From the NCBI GenBank assembly GCA_036785375.1, contig JAWMAR010000245.1, positions 310,001 through 374,000 on the forward strand: a stretch of DNA of 64,000 bases. The letters are read 5' to 3'. A program made the position numbers and the translations under genes. The notes beneath the pieces were generated by a model. It was not told the DNA's origin, did no database searches, and saw only the letters and a program-made list of their open reading frames with translations. Shown piece by piece: positions 24,438 through 36,650 of this stretch (positions are counted from its first letter, which is position 1; every line of letters begins with the position of its first letter). This DNA is from Leucoraja ocellata (lineage: Eukaryota).

Positions 24438-26857
24438 TGTTCTATGCAAATTTTGATAAAAGAAAAGGCAAGGCACCAAGTTACAGCTGTTTCCGTTGAA
24501 CCCTTTAGATCCTAAAATAACTGTAAACCCCCTTAGTGTTAAATCCACAAAGGGGTGTGAGGATATGGAATTTCATAACTCTCTTACAATTGCTTGAGTT
24601 TGTATTATTACTACTAAGTTCTCTGTCTTGGGCACACGAACTGCAATTATTCCAATGACACTTACATTGGCTCATTGTCACAGTAGCCCTCTGGAAAATA
24701 GACATGTTCCATTCTATATCTTATCGCACAAGGTTCTCCATGGTTCCTGGCTTGAGTTTAACAAAGTGCAAAAAAACAGAATAATAGGGCCCAATAGGTC
24801 TTGTTATATAGCAGTATTTCGATGACTAGCTCAGTCTAACTCTACAGTTTTGAACTTAAGATCAAAAATGCTGTCATCAATTCTGTGGAGCAGTGATTCA
24901 AACAAAGTATTCATCTTTTCAATTGGTGTGCCTGAGCTGGAATCCCAATAGAACAGATTATTCTTTCTTATTTTTACTGGTTTCCTCAAAGGGCCTTGAT
25001 ACTTGAAAATATTTCATGTCATTTATTTTAGGTTCTAAAGGGTTGTCGCAATGCACTAACAGAATCTTCCCGGCCCACTGCAGCTCTGGGTGGCATCAGC
25101 ACTGTTAATTCCTATGGTGCATAAGTACAGCAAACTACGGTTATACATTCTAAAGTAAAACTGGTGTTTAGCAACGACATGGAACCTCCATTCTCTGCCA
25201 CAGAGTGCAATGGAAATTGGCAGACAAGCAAAAACCACCAAATTTTGGCTTTAGCCGTATAATGCGAAAACACATTCAGGCTGAAGCATGAAGCAGCACA
25301 TATGTAAATAATATGAATTGCATGGACTGTCTTTATGATGTGCGACTTATGCTATTCATTAGGAGAGTATAGTTAGTGGGCTGCAATACAAGTTTATCTC
25401 TCATGCAACCAATTGGCCTTTGGCAAATTCTAACACATAATTAGGAAGACAATGTTTAATTGAAGTGTAGATAACAGAGGTCACGTCGTGTGCATAAAGA
25501 CACTTGTAACTTAACTCCGCACAAAGCAAATACTTAAAGCACAGCACTGCCAAAACTGTACTTGTCAGTCCATCTAAAGGAACTTTGCATTTGTGGACGA
25601 CATCCCCCTCTCCGACAGTACACTCTTAAAATATTTGTCTCCTTTGCAACACTATATTGTGATTTACTAGTGCAATTGATGCCACTTTTTAATGCATGGT
25701 TTTAGTTGTTCCATAGTGCCACCAGGCCATTGAGAAGGTTGGGAATTTGAATTGTCATAGTCTTTTAACACTAGACAAGTGTTGTCCAAATGAGGGCAGA
25801 TCTGTCACCAATTTTTGATAAGACTCCTTTGAGAGGAATGAGCAGCCAAGGACACTGTCATTGTAGTGGAGTTCAACTAGCGGTGAATGAAATCCATTTT
25901 GAGAAAATGCCGTGGTAATCTGCTTTATGTTTGATCAATTTTATACATACATTATTCCAAATATTCTTGTTAGATCAATGGTCTGAATTCTGTAGAACGA
26001 CATAATGTTTTGATATTTACATTGTTACAATGACTAGGTCACTTTAATTCAATGCCTTAAACATTAAACATTCAAGCTATGTGCTGGGCATTTCCTCTTC
26101 AGGTAATATTTAGTATTAATTAGTAAACCTGAAGTTTAGGTGATATGCTGTTGTTTGCTCATGTAAAAATATAGCAATTCAGAATCAGAGTCCCCAAGAG
26201 TCTGAATGAGCGATAGATGACTGACACAGCAAACAACAGTGTTTCGAGTTACACTTAAGAAATAAATAGGAATAGTTTTGTGCAGAAGACAGCCATTAAA
26301 ATAGCTATTGAATCATAGTCAATTAAGTTTGAAGCTGAAATTAGAGAGTTGAAAAATTCAAACCACTAATAAGGAATCAAAGACATAGGGTTATACTGCA
26401 CGGAAAAGGAGCCCTCTGGTTCATTGAAACCATACTAACCATCATACATCCATGAGGCAGAAGCACATTTAGTTACATATGTATCAAGGCTGTTATTATA
26501 CAACATTTTATGAATGTCACTTTCAGTATTTCATTTGAAAATTTCTATGCAAACAAATACTAAGCTTAGCCTCTGATGCTTTTTGTTAACTGATTAAAAT
26601 AAATTATAACAATGCTCTAAAACATGCATATATGTCTCACAAAGTCTCAAATCTGTATGCTAGATTTGCATTAATAATCGACTGCTAAAAGTGGACACTT
26701 GTTTTTAAACCGTTCTGGCCACATAATGATATTCTGTAAATTGAGAAAAAATATTTCTTATTAGATCTAATTCCTGCTTAGCATATATCCCATGAACATG
26801 CTTTTGGAAAGGTGGTGTACAGCAATATATACAGTCATTCAATGTACCTAGAGTTAG

Positions 26858-27135
26858 TGTGTGCAGGTATATTGGATCACAGTAGAGTGTACAAATACAC
26901 TAAACTTTGGTCGAGTATACAGATGCACTGGACTATGTTAAGGTCTACAGATACATTGGATCGTGCTGGAGTAGGCTGGACTGTGGTAAGATAGACATAT
27001 ATGTATGCTTGACTGTAGTAGGGTGGACAGATGGGCTTGGCCATGGTAGGGTCTATAGACATGGATGCCCATGGCTGGAGGTACAGATATACTGGACTAT
27101 GAAACTCGGTTTACAATGCACTGATACATTGGGTG
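26858..27135. repeat. Degenerate minisatellite, about 28-bp unit, about 10 copies
   Basis: Units such as gtgtacaaatacactaaactttggtcga / gtatacagatgcactggactatgttaag / gtctacagatacattggatcgtgctgga / gtggacagatgggcttggccatggtagg. Confidence 0.75.
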
Positions 27136-27207
27136 CTGGCTTCTATTAAGAGATGGAATATGTGATTTATTAGCAAGAATTTTACAGCACAGATGGCATA
27201 TGACAAT

Positions 27208-27423
27208 GTTTAAGAGGGAACTGCAGATGCTGGAGAATCGAAGGTTACACAAAAAAGCTGGAGAAACTCAGCGGGTGCAGCAGCATCTATGGAGCGAAGG
27301 AAATAGGCAACGTTTCGGGCCGAAACCCTTCTTCAGACTTCGTCTGAAGAAGGGTTTCGGCCCGAAACGTTGCCTATTTCCTTCGCTCCATAGATGCTGC
27401 TGCACCCGCTGAGTTTCTCCACC
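27208..27423. mobile_element. Young PLE-derived palindrome: perfect 80-bp inverted repeat with 3-nt loop
   Basis: Arms 27259-27338 and 27342-27421 are exact reverse complements. Perfect 14-bp TSD tggcatatgacaat at 27194-27207 and 27424-27437. Confidence 0.93.
27344..27371 (+). ncRNA. Minimal hammerhead ribozyme core (mirror copy on the - strand at 27309-27336)
   Basis: CTGAAGA-a-GGGT(TTCG)GCCC-GAAA-C-GTT: stem II capped by a UUCG tetraloop, NUH site GUU. Confidence 0.6.
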
Positions 27424-28715
27424 TGGCATATGACAATAACTGATTGAGAATTAAAGCAGAAATAAAATGAAATAGCTCAGAACTTCAATGCTTCAGTAAA
27501 TAACCATACAAGGCAGTAATTGTATTGAGCTGGGCTTTGTAACATGAGAGCAAATCTCAAATTATTTCCGAAGATCAACACATTGAACTACTGTCTAAAT
27601 TCTTTGGCCGGCAATATTGGAGATAGTTTTGTTTATAATGTTGACTTTGTTGTATTGAGAGTGACTGTCAGTTTCATGCCTGAATGAAAATATTAGTGGT
27701 GCTTATTTTGGAGCTAAAAGTATGCATCATTGGCTGGTGCTGCGGAATATCAGGTTTTTAGGAATGAGGAGATTACTGGGAAACAAACCAAATAATATGC
27801 TGTTGAACAAACTGTCTGCAGCTCCTTAAATGTAAAAGGTAAAACACTAAGCAACAACGTACTACGCTGTACATAGTCTAAGGATTTAGGATTGAATTTC
27901 AGTTCCTGCTCCATCTGAGGTCCTCACAGTTGGGCCCAGCAACATTCTCGGCAGCTCTGAAAGATAATCAGCCAAGATTATTTGGTATTCAATGACTGCT
28001 AATGGAAAATATAAAACGTTACACTGGTTTGGACCAGGAAACTCCTTAGCCCGTGTTTGTGATGTTAGCTATACCGAGGTAAAGAGGTGTTCGGCATTTC
28101 CTTTTCCGTACAATAAAGAGAACTCTCTTAAGGCTAATTTCAAAGTGATAATATTAGGATCCAGGGAAAGAACAGAAACTATTAATGTAATTGAAGCAGT
28201 CAGCTCCAGTCCTGGGAGGAAATTGTACTCGATGCAATTTAATCATATAATAACTTTTTAATTAAAGCACATTTCCCTTGGAAAATATATTCATATTTTA
28301 TGACAGAAATTTTTCCTAATAACAAAAAAAACAATGATTAAGAGTTTTCAGTCACTCTGTTCTTTAATATCTGGTGAATCAATCAACATTCCTCCAGTCC
28401 CAATACTACACTTGCATGTAGCACACACACGCACAACACACACACACACCACACACAACGCATGCAGACTATCTGTTATGCACTGAAGTAACAGGATGTC
28501 GTCAAGGCATTAAGTAAATATGTCACAAAGTAGCTAACATCCCTGCTGCGTGCAACACTTTCCAATGTCTCAGCTGGATCGTTGCCAGAACTCCCCCCTG
28601 TGTCCTTGTTCTCTTGTATGAACGCTCTCAACAACAACAAAAATTGAACCGAGAATAATAAACTGATGATTTGTTATCACCCACTCTATACGGCTGAGCA
28701 GGGCAATTTTTAATT

Positions 28716-28828
28716 CTGATGAAAGGTCATTGACAAAAAAGGTTTCTTCGTCCACAGATGCTGTCCAACCAACTGAGTGTCTCCAATGTTTTCTGATTTT
28801 ATTTCATGTTTCCAACATCTGCTGTTTT
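28716..28828 (+). mobile_element. Older related PLE terminal repeat with hammerhead remnant
   Basis: CTGATGAaaggtcattgac...tccacagatgctgtcc.acc..ctgagtgtctcca..gttttctg. The GAAA box is lost. Confidence 0.55.
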
Positions 28829-29196
28829 ACAATGACATCATTCTTTGTCATTGCCATGTGCCTCACTTTGAACACATGGATTATAGCCAGGGTTCTCCTC
28901 AAAATTCTTTCCTTTTTCTCTTGGGCATGGATTTCATTAACTCTTCCTCCACTTCAACTTGAATTAAAAGATACGTGTCCTCCCTGGTTTACGGCAGGAT
29001 TCTGTTCATAAACCAAACATTTTGTTAGTTGGAAATGGGGTCGCAAACCTAGTCCTTGCTCTGCAGAAGCTGTCGGGGAGGTGGGTTGTCCCACAGGGGG
29101 GAGGGGGGGGGGGGCATTTCAAATCTCATTTAGCCATTCTTAATACGATATATTAGCAATTTTAATAGGTTCCAGTTAATAATAATATTTTTAAAG

Positions 29197-29513
29197 GACA
29201 GCACTGAGGCGCAGCTGGTAGAGCTGCTGTTTAACACCACCAGAGACCCGGGTGGGATCCTGACCTCAAGTGCTGTCTGTGTGGAGTTTGCACATTCTCC
29301 CCGTGACCATGTGGTTTTCTACCGTGTGCTCTGGATTTCTCCCACATTCCAAAGACATGTGGGTTTCTAGGTCGGTTGACCTCTGTAAAATGCCCCTAGT
29401 GCATAAAGAGGGGTGGATGATAGTGGGATAACATCAAACTAATGTGAACAGGTGATCCATGGTCGGCGTAGACTCGATGAGCCAAAGGACCTGTTCCCAT
29501 GTTGTATCTTTCA
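29197..29513 (+). mobile_element. HE1-like V-SINE, full length
   Basis: ggcgcagctggtagagctgctg...gacccgggtgggatcctgacc...gtggagtttgcacattctccccgtgacc...ctcccacattccaaagac...gccaaaggacctgttccc. Confidence 0.85.
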
Positions 29514-31873
29514 ACAACAAGAAAAAAATGGTGCTGTTCAATGCTATTACCAGATTTTGAAAAAGACACTGCTGCTGACCCAGAGTGCGTGTCTCCCAGA
29601 GAATTCATAAAATGGACACGAATGTGTTAACTAGAATTTATTGTTCCTGGGTTCAATGTGCCTTTTAAATCAATTTCTATCAGTTAAATGTGTGTTCTAC
29701 ATTAATATTTCAATCATCTATTTTACCAGCAGAAAAGGCTTTTGAAACTTATGTTGGACTCCGTGGTGGGGAGTAGTGTTGGGAAATTCTGGCCAGCTCT
29801 GGAATTTGGGAGTTTTATGTTTATTTTGTTGGGGTGTATTGAGAAAGATTACTTACTTACAGTTGGGGAGTTCAGCCTTGGTGCATGAAACACTATCAAT
29901 TTAAAATTGGCACAAAGAGTTTAGGAGAAATGGCCTTTTGGCAGAAATTTGTCCAACTCGCATCTTTTAAGGTTAGCTGTATTTGAGTCCAAGTGGCCAC
30001 TGTGTGATTTTATCTCATCCCTTGATCATAAGTTTAGGTCTCTGGATTGCTTGACCAGTAACTCAATAACGGTGCTACTGTAGAAGGCTATCAAACCATG
30101 ATCTGAACACTTCATCACAATTAAATATCACGAGCCAACAATTAATCTCTTAGTTTTGTCAAAATCCCAAGTTATTCCGGAATTCATAGCCATTAGCTGT
30201 ATATCCACTCAGGAAATATTTGAAGCATTTTTAATAGAGGAGCTTTGACACAGTTTTTCACTTATAGTTCATTTTCCAACAAATTGCCTTTACAATATTT
30301 TCAGTCCCGTTGTTTTATAGAATAATGACCTCAAATAGATAGAACGTGTTTAAGGATTTGTCATGTTCCCATGCAGTCAAGAGAACATCTGTGGCAAGGA
30401 TATTTACACAACATGGGGTTTCCAGACCAGACACTGTACTCAAATATTGTGCAACTAGAATCTGGTCTACTAATTGCCCGAATTTACTCTTGTACTTTTG
30501 AGAACAATTATATGCATTTTTTTCTCAATACCTCACCATAATTATTCTCTGCAGGAATCTGAGACTGCTGAGAGCAAAAAGAATTTACTGAACCAGTCAG
30601 GACACTGTGAACTCACACAAGTCACAAGCTGTGTTGCCGATCGTAATCGACATATATGGGCAAAGACCGTACCATAATGATGCATAATAAAATGATGATC
30701 CAAGTGGTGAGAGCAGAGTAATCTTTGATTCTCAGACACTGAATGTAGTCTCTCCCACTGACATATTTAGGCAAAATAAAATCAAGCTGAGACATAGAAA
30801 AATGATTATTCTTAAATGATGTGGAATTTTTTGATTGATCACCACAAGAATGATTGAGATACCCCACCAGAATGTACATTGCTCAATTTGCAACCGCATG
30901 TGTACAACGATAACAAACGTCTACTGGGAAAATGACAATATTCTTTGACATGACACTACATTTGATATTCTTTCTGATTTATATGCAGGTGACCACATAA
31001 TAAATAGAATATTCAACGGTTGAGTCAACCTTCTTTAATCCACTCTTTCTGTTAACAAAGTAATTGCCCAGTCAATAAACAGCAAGCTACAGTCCTGTTG
31101 TTTCACTAACAGTTTGGCCAAATGTTGTACTTATTTCGAAATTAGGTCCCATATAAATACTGGTGTACAGTTACGGTTCAGGGCCAAATGGTAATCTGAA
31201 TCCATGCGCATCAGGTTCCCAAAATGAAGCTCTTGTTCAGGGTTCTGCTAAACACTTCTGCATAATCACAAACATAAAACCTTCTCTGAACCATGCAATC
31301 AGGACGCATAATACAGCATAATAGTGATTTTTCCTTTCATTTAGAAAATATTTATTCATATAATTAAGAGAGCTCTTGCAGTTTTATTAATACAGCTGTA
31401 AGAGGTTTAACGCAATATGTTAGCATTTTAGTGTTATTTTAGTAATTTAATTAGCAGTTTAATCCATCACATATATAACCTTGTTAATTACAAGACATTA
31501 ATAAATTATATAAAATATTTATTAGTTTCATTATTTTAAACTGGTTTTCTACTAAATTACGTTTTATTATTTAAAAAAAAACATATTTACTCTAAATAAA
31601 GCTTAACATGAAGAATTTATTCAAATAGTTGTCAGAAACTTGGCGTGTTTGTAACTTCAGTCTGCAATGTGAGTGACTGGGCTGTTTCCAGTACATTATT
31701 TTAAAATTAAAGATTACAAAATCTTAATTTACACTCAATATATTTTGTGCATAAAATTCTTCAGTCTTTTATACCAGATCACCCAATTTCTAGCAAACTG
31801 AAGCTGGGCAAACTAGTGAATATATTTTGCCATTATTTTGTTTGACTAGTAATTGAAAATCAGTAGGAAAGAT

Positions 31874-31996
31874 AGGTAGCCACAAAATGCTGGACCCGAA
31901 ACGTCACCCATTCCTTCTCTCCAGAGATGCTGCCTGTCCCGCTGAGTTACTCCAGCATTTTGTGTCTACCTTTAAGCCAGCATCTGCAGTTTCCTT
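31874..31996 (+). mobile_element. PLE-derived insertion with a short inverted stub
   Basis: cacaaaatgctgga joined to cccgaaacgtcacccattcc...ccagcattttgtgtctacc...ccagcatctgcag. Confidence 0.75.
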
Positions 31997-32267
31997 TTGT
32001 ATTTGAAATGTCAAAATCGTGAAACTAAACTTCCTCACTTAATTTCAGTTTTATGATTTTTTTCGCTCTCATCATAGATACTCACAAAGTACATACACAA
32101 GACACACTGTCTTTCTTAAATCAGTCCGATTTTAAGCTTGATGCGCTTTCTGCAAAATCGTTCATTGTGAAACATGTTCCATTAAAACAAATTGAATTTA
32201 TAATCTGGTAATATAAATTTTTAATTTGATGTTTCAGTGCTCTGATGACAAAATAGTTCTAATCATA

Positions 32268-32295
32268 TCTCCCTCTCTCTCTCTCTCTCTCGCTA

Positions 32296-32338
<43 letters not shown>
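32268..32338. repeat. Compound (CT)n/(GT)n/(TA)n microsatellite
   Basis: Seen directly. Confidence 0.95.
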
Positions 32339-32341
<3 letters not shown>

Positions 32342-32513
32342 ATAGACAATAGATAATAGGTGCAGGAGTGGGCCATTCGGCCCTTCGAGCCAGCACCGCC
32401 ATTTAATGTGATCATGGTTGATCATCCCCAATCAGTACCCCGTTCCTGCCTTCTCCCCATATCCCCTGACTCCGCTATTTTTAAGAGCCCTATCTAGCTC
32501 TCTCTTGAAAGCA
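32339..32513 (-). mobile_element. CR1 3' end
   Basis: (caatagac)n tail, then ggtgcaggagtgggccattcggcccttcgagcc...cagtaccccgttcctgccttctccccatatcccc. Confidence 0.85.
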
Positions 32514-32654
32514 TATAATTGTTGCAGTAAAGAAAGGATACATATATATATGTATATATTTATTAATAACTATATATAGATATATATCCTTTCTTCTGTT
32601 TTATAATCAACAATTGTTTCAATTTCTATATTTTTACATCATATTCACGTCTCA

Positions 32655-32958
32655 GTTTAGTTTCGAGCTACATGATGGAAATGGCCCCTTTGGACCAGCG
32701 AGTCCACGCTAACCATCAGTCACACGGTCTATCTTATCCCACTTTTGCATCCGTTCCCTATGCATATTACAGAGACCAATTAACCTACATACCTGCACAT
32801 CTTTTGGATGAAGGGGGAAACCCTGAGCATCTGGAGGAAACTCGCACAATCACAGGGAGAACGTGTAAACTCCAGACAGAGAGCAGCTGAGGTTAGGACC
32901 GAACCAAGGTCTCTGGCGCTGTACGGCAGTAGCTCTACAAGCTGCGCACTGTGCCACC
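32655..32958 (-). mobile_element. HE1-like SINE
   Basis: Ends ggtctctggcgctgtacggcagtagctctac..gctgcgcactgtgccacc, the reverse complement of the tRNA-like head. Confidence 0.75.
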
Positions 32959-33162
32959 TCTCAGTGTGACAATTGTTTTAAAATGGGGATAGAGAATTAT
33001 GTTGTGCATTTCAAATCTGAAGATCACAACAACAGTAGTAACATTATAAATTGCTTTGAAGGCAGCACATCATTTATCCACAGCAGGGTGCCAGAACGAG
33101 AAAGTGGGATGAGTGGTCGATTAAGCATTTTTTAACAATGATTTGCTCACCTCCAAAAAAAA

Positions 33163-33430
33163 AAGACATAAAGTGTTAGAATAACTCAGGTAGCTCGAGA
33201 ACATTTGGGTCAGGGCCCTTCTTCAGACTGATGGATGAGGTGTGGAGAAAGCGGGAAGAGAGGTGATGGCAGGCCACAATCCGGTGAGTTGTAGGTGAAT
33301 ACTAGTGAGGTGGTGGGGGGTAGATAGGAAGATGGTTGGACAAAGGCCAGAAATGAAAGACAGAAGATGAGAACAAAGGGATTGAAACATTCCAGTTTGT
33401 GACACCAAAAGAAGGAGGGGGACGGAGGAG
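33163..33430 (-). mobile_element. PLE 3' region remnant with hammerhead motif
   Basis: gggtcagggcccttcttcagactgat followed by a purine-rich tract, the reverse complement of the 9780-9900 layout. Confidence 0.6.
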
Positions 33431-33892
33431 GGGAGGAATAGGTGTAAAACCAAGGGTAACACAGGGGAGGAAAAAGCCCCATTTATATTTTGACAACACT
33501 TTCCCAAAGCTCATAATCACAACTCCATTGATCTCTGTCTGCCAGTCTAGTTGTCTGAAATCCATTACTCGATTTTTCTCCACGTAAATTACGGAATGAT
33601 CAAAACTGTTATATTTGTCCAGCTGCCGCCCTGGGCCCATGTACTGACCACTCCCACCGCCCTGCTGGCTCTCGTGCCACGACTACCCCAGCATCTGTGT
33701 TGACTTTGAGCTGCACCCACGTGGTATAATCTTGACTAAAACTGACACTAAGCCAAAGAGAACGATGCCCAATTAGAATGTGCTTGAAACCTTAATCATA
33801 AGTAAGTCATTAAAGAGCATTGATAGGAACCGAGGGAGGCAGTGACGTTTTGGGAGAGGACTCCTAGGGCTTAGACAGCAAATAAAAGTCAC

Positions 33893-34235
33893 AGAGAGAC
33901 ACACTGACCCTTGTGTCCACCCTGTCCATGCTGACAATCAAGCACTCATTTATACTTATCATGCAGTAATCTAATCCATCTATATTATTTCCACATTGTC
34001 ATCAGCTATCCCCAGATTCAACCACTCACCTACACATAAGGGGCATTCTGCAGAGGCCAATTAACCTAGCAACCCGCCCGTCTTTGGGATATGGAGGGGA
34101 AACCGGAGCACCTGGAGGAACCCCACAGGGGGAACGTGTACGTTCCACACAGACAGCACCTGAGGTCAGGATTTTCATCTAAGGGGTCCCTGACACTGTG
34201 AGGCAGCGCTCAACGAACTGCGCCTCCCTGCCACC
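33893..34235 (-). mobile_element. Diverged HE1-like SINE
   Basis: gaggccaattaaccta..aacc...gtctttgggat.tggagg.gaaaccggagcacctggaggaa...cacacagacagcacctgaggtcaggat. Confidence 0.7.
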
Positions 34236-35809
34236 ATGTGTGGTCATACAAAAATCCCTTATTGAAATTCATTGCCCTATACATTTAAAAGTCTGGGAAA
34301 GATTACAGACATAGGGAGAAGTGAGGCTCAAGAGTGATCTGAAGTACTGCTGGTACTGCATATTAACGTCAGCAAAGTCCCTTAGTGGCTTTGCTGACAT
34401 GAAGGCAATGTCCCAGTTTCGCTCTGAAGAAACAGAATTTGATATTAGAATACTTTTAGCAATAGGAAGCTTAAAACAACATCATGTGCACAATTGTTTT
34501 AAAGCTGCTGATTTGGCCATTTTTCAAATTAGTACCTTTCCTCTCATGAAATGATCTGTCAAACATTTAGTAGCAGATTTGTTTTGTTGCTTATAATGTA
34601 GTCCACCAGAGGCCATTATTCTTGGCAAATCTTTGCTCCTGATCCTTTCACATAGCAGTTACATTGCTATCTGAGCGAACGCTGCCAACAGAGGTTTGGC
34701 ATATTACCATCAAGGGCACCTAGAGAAAACATTTAATGTAGCCAAATGTATATCAGCCAAGCAACACAGGAAGGAAGGTCTTAAGTTCAACTCTTGGTCT
34801 GTATTAAGGAGGCCAGGAAGGCAATAAGGCATCTTAATTAACAGTGATATCCCTACATTAATGTTCCTACTGCTGATTGTTCTCCAGTGAACCCTGCTGG
34901 AAATTGCACTTTTGGGAAATCAAGTGAGTACAGGGGTCAACTAGCCTCCATGGTCAACTAATCTGTCAACATTCCCTTAGTTCATAGTGTAAAATGGGTG
35001 TAGTGGAGGGGGCTGTGGCCTCTGTGAAACTACTTTGCAGCAAAAGTCAGTGCCTTCAGCAGAAGAATAGACAGCAGTGCTGCATAAATAATGGGGCTGC
35101 ACGCTCCAAATGAGGGACCTTTTTAACCATATAACCATATAACAATTACAGCACGGAAACAGGCCATCTCGGCCCCACAAGTCCGTGCCGAACAATGTAT
35201 TTGTATTTTAATTTAACACCAAATTTCCGTCCGGTATTTATAATAGATATTATTTATTCCACTCAGCTGAGGTTATGAAGTGAGGAAATACTGCACTGAG
35301 TATTTCAGCTGTGAACAAATCGCAGCAATTCACAGAGAGTATTGAGAATGAGGAACTCTGGCATCTGAAATTGCTGAATGCAGAAAGTCCATGACAAGGG
35401 AACCCAGATCATCTGCGGAGAGAGGGCAAAATATTTGACAAAGCAGGAAGGTCGAGGGAGAGTGGTAAAGACTTGTATGGGGTAATGAACGCTGGCATCG
35501 ACTATTTAGGATTGAATCGTTTTTCATTACTCGTGTGGCTGTAAAAATGGTGAAAAGTATTTTAAGAGTGTGCTGTCAGATTTTTCACTCACCCATTTGT
35601 GTGCCCAACAGCTTCCCTCTGTATGCAGTCATTCCCATCCGCTAATGACACAATATTGTTGGATTGAGGGAACAAATAACTGTGTAATCCAATTATTTAA
35701 ACAGAAATTAAACGTTCTTTGGCCCACCAATCACGCCCACAAAAGTTGACATAGAAAGAATTGAGGGTGTTGGTGTGAGTGATTAGCCTCCTTCACGGCT
35801 AATTCTAAA

Positions 35810-36098
35810 GGGCCTGTCCCACTGTACAAGGTAATTCAAGAGTTCTCCCGAGTTTTCCCCTGATTCGAACTCGGAGAATGTCCGTAGCGGGTCCGTAGGA
35901 GTTTGTGGATGTCTCGTAGCGGCTCGTACGAGTAAAAAGTAACAATTTTTTTCATCACGAGTATTTGTTTTTACTTGTGGACATTTTTCACTGTGTTGAA
36001 AAAACGTCACGAGTTTACCGGATTTCCTAAGTAGACATTCGTGAACTCCTACGGACTCGGGAGAACTCTTGATTTACCTCGTACAGTGGGACAGGCCC
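35810..36098. mobile_element. Second MITE of the same TIR family, opposite orientation to 15308-15635
   Basis: TIRs GGGCCTGTCCCACTGTAC.AGGTAA.TCAAGAGTTCTCCCGAGT / ACTCGGGAGAACTCTTGATTTACCTCGTACAGTGGGACAGGCCC, with ctaaa on both flanks. Confidence 0.82.
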
Positions 36099-36508
36099 CT
36101 AAAGCTAGGTTAGATGACAAGACACCAAGTTAACAATCAAGTGATTTTTAGGAGTGATGTCCATTCTTAGGTTAATTTACAAATCGGGTTTTCTGTGTAT
36201 TTTTCTTTTTGTTTTATAACAAAACTACAAAGCCTTAATAAAAATGAAAAGCAAACAGAGGTTGAATAGACATTCAATGCTGATAAGTTAATTGATGCTA
36301 CATTCAATTGGTTTACCAGAGCAAAGCATGAATTGATTGAATTGAATCTCTTGGCCTCACAGTGTTGCAGCTGAATTGTCCCTGAAGCAGGTGAGGAACA
36401 ACATTCTTATTTAGCTCACGCATCTGTCCAACATCACAATCTGGTGCAGAACAAAACCATGCAAAGAAACAAATGTTACATATAAGACTAGTACAGCTTC
36501 ATTTTATT

Positions 36509-36650
36509 AATAAAATTAGCGTTTTTTTGAAAGAAAAAAAAACTGCTCAAAAATTCTTACTGAACAAAATTGTTATGCTGGTTGTCTTTTTAAAACATGT
36601 TTAATGTTTCTAGTGTCAAAATATTGTAAACAATAAATTTTTATGTGTGT
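36509..36650 (+). terminator. Candidate distal polyadenylation signals of the ERC gene
   Basis: AATAAA at 36509-36514 and 36632-36637, the second followed by T/GT-rich sequence (ttttatgtgtgttg), within repeat-free AT-rich UTR-like sequence. Confidence 0.35.

Noticed and set aside
26858-27135. Regularly spaced 28-bp units as a CRISPR array
   Set aside because: Units are contiguous and degenerate with no unique spacers, there are no cas genes, and the context is vertebrate.
27259-27421. Perfect hairpin as a pre-miRNA gene or a classical MITE
   Set aside because: It is one of many dispersed copies with variable centres, asymmetric ends and long variable TSDs tied to PLE sequence. That does not fit a conserved miRNA or a fixed-TIR DNA transposon.
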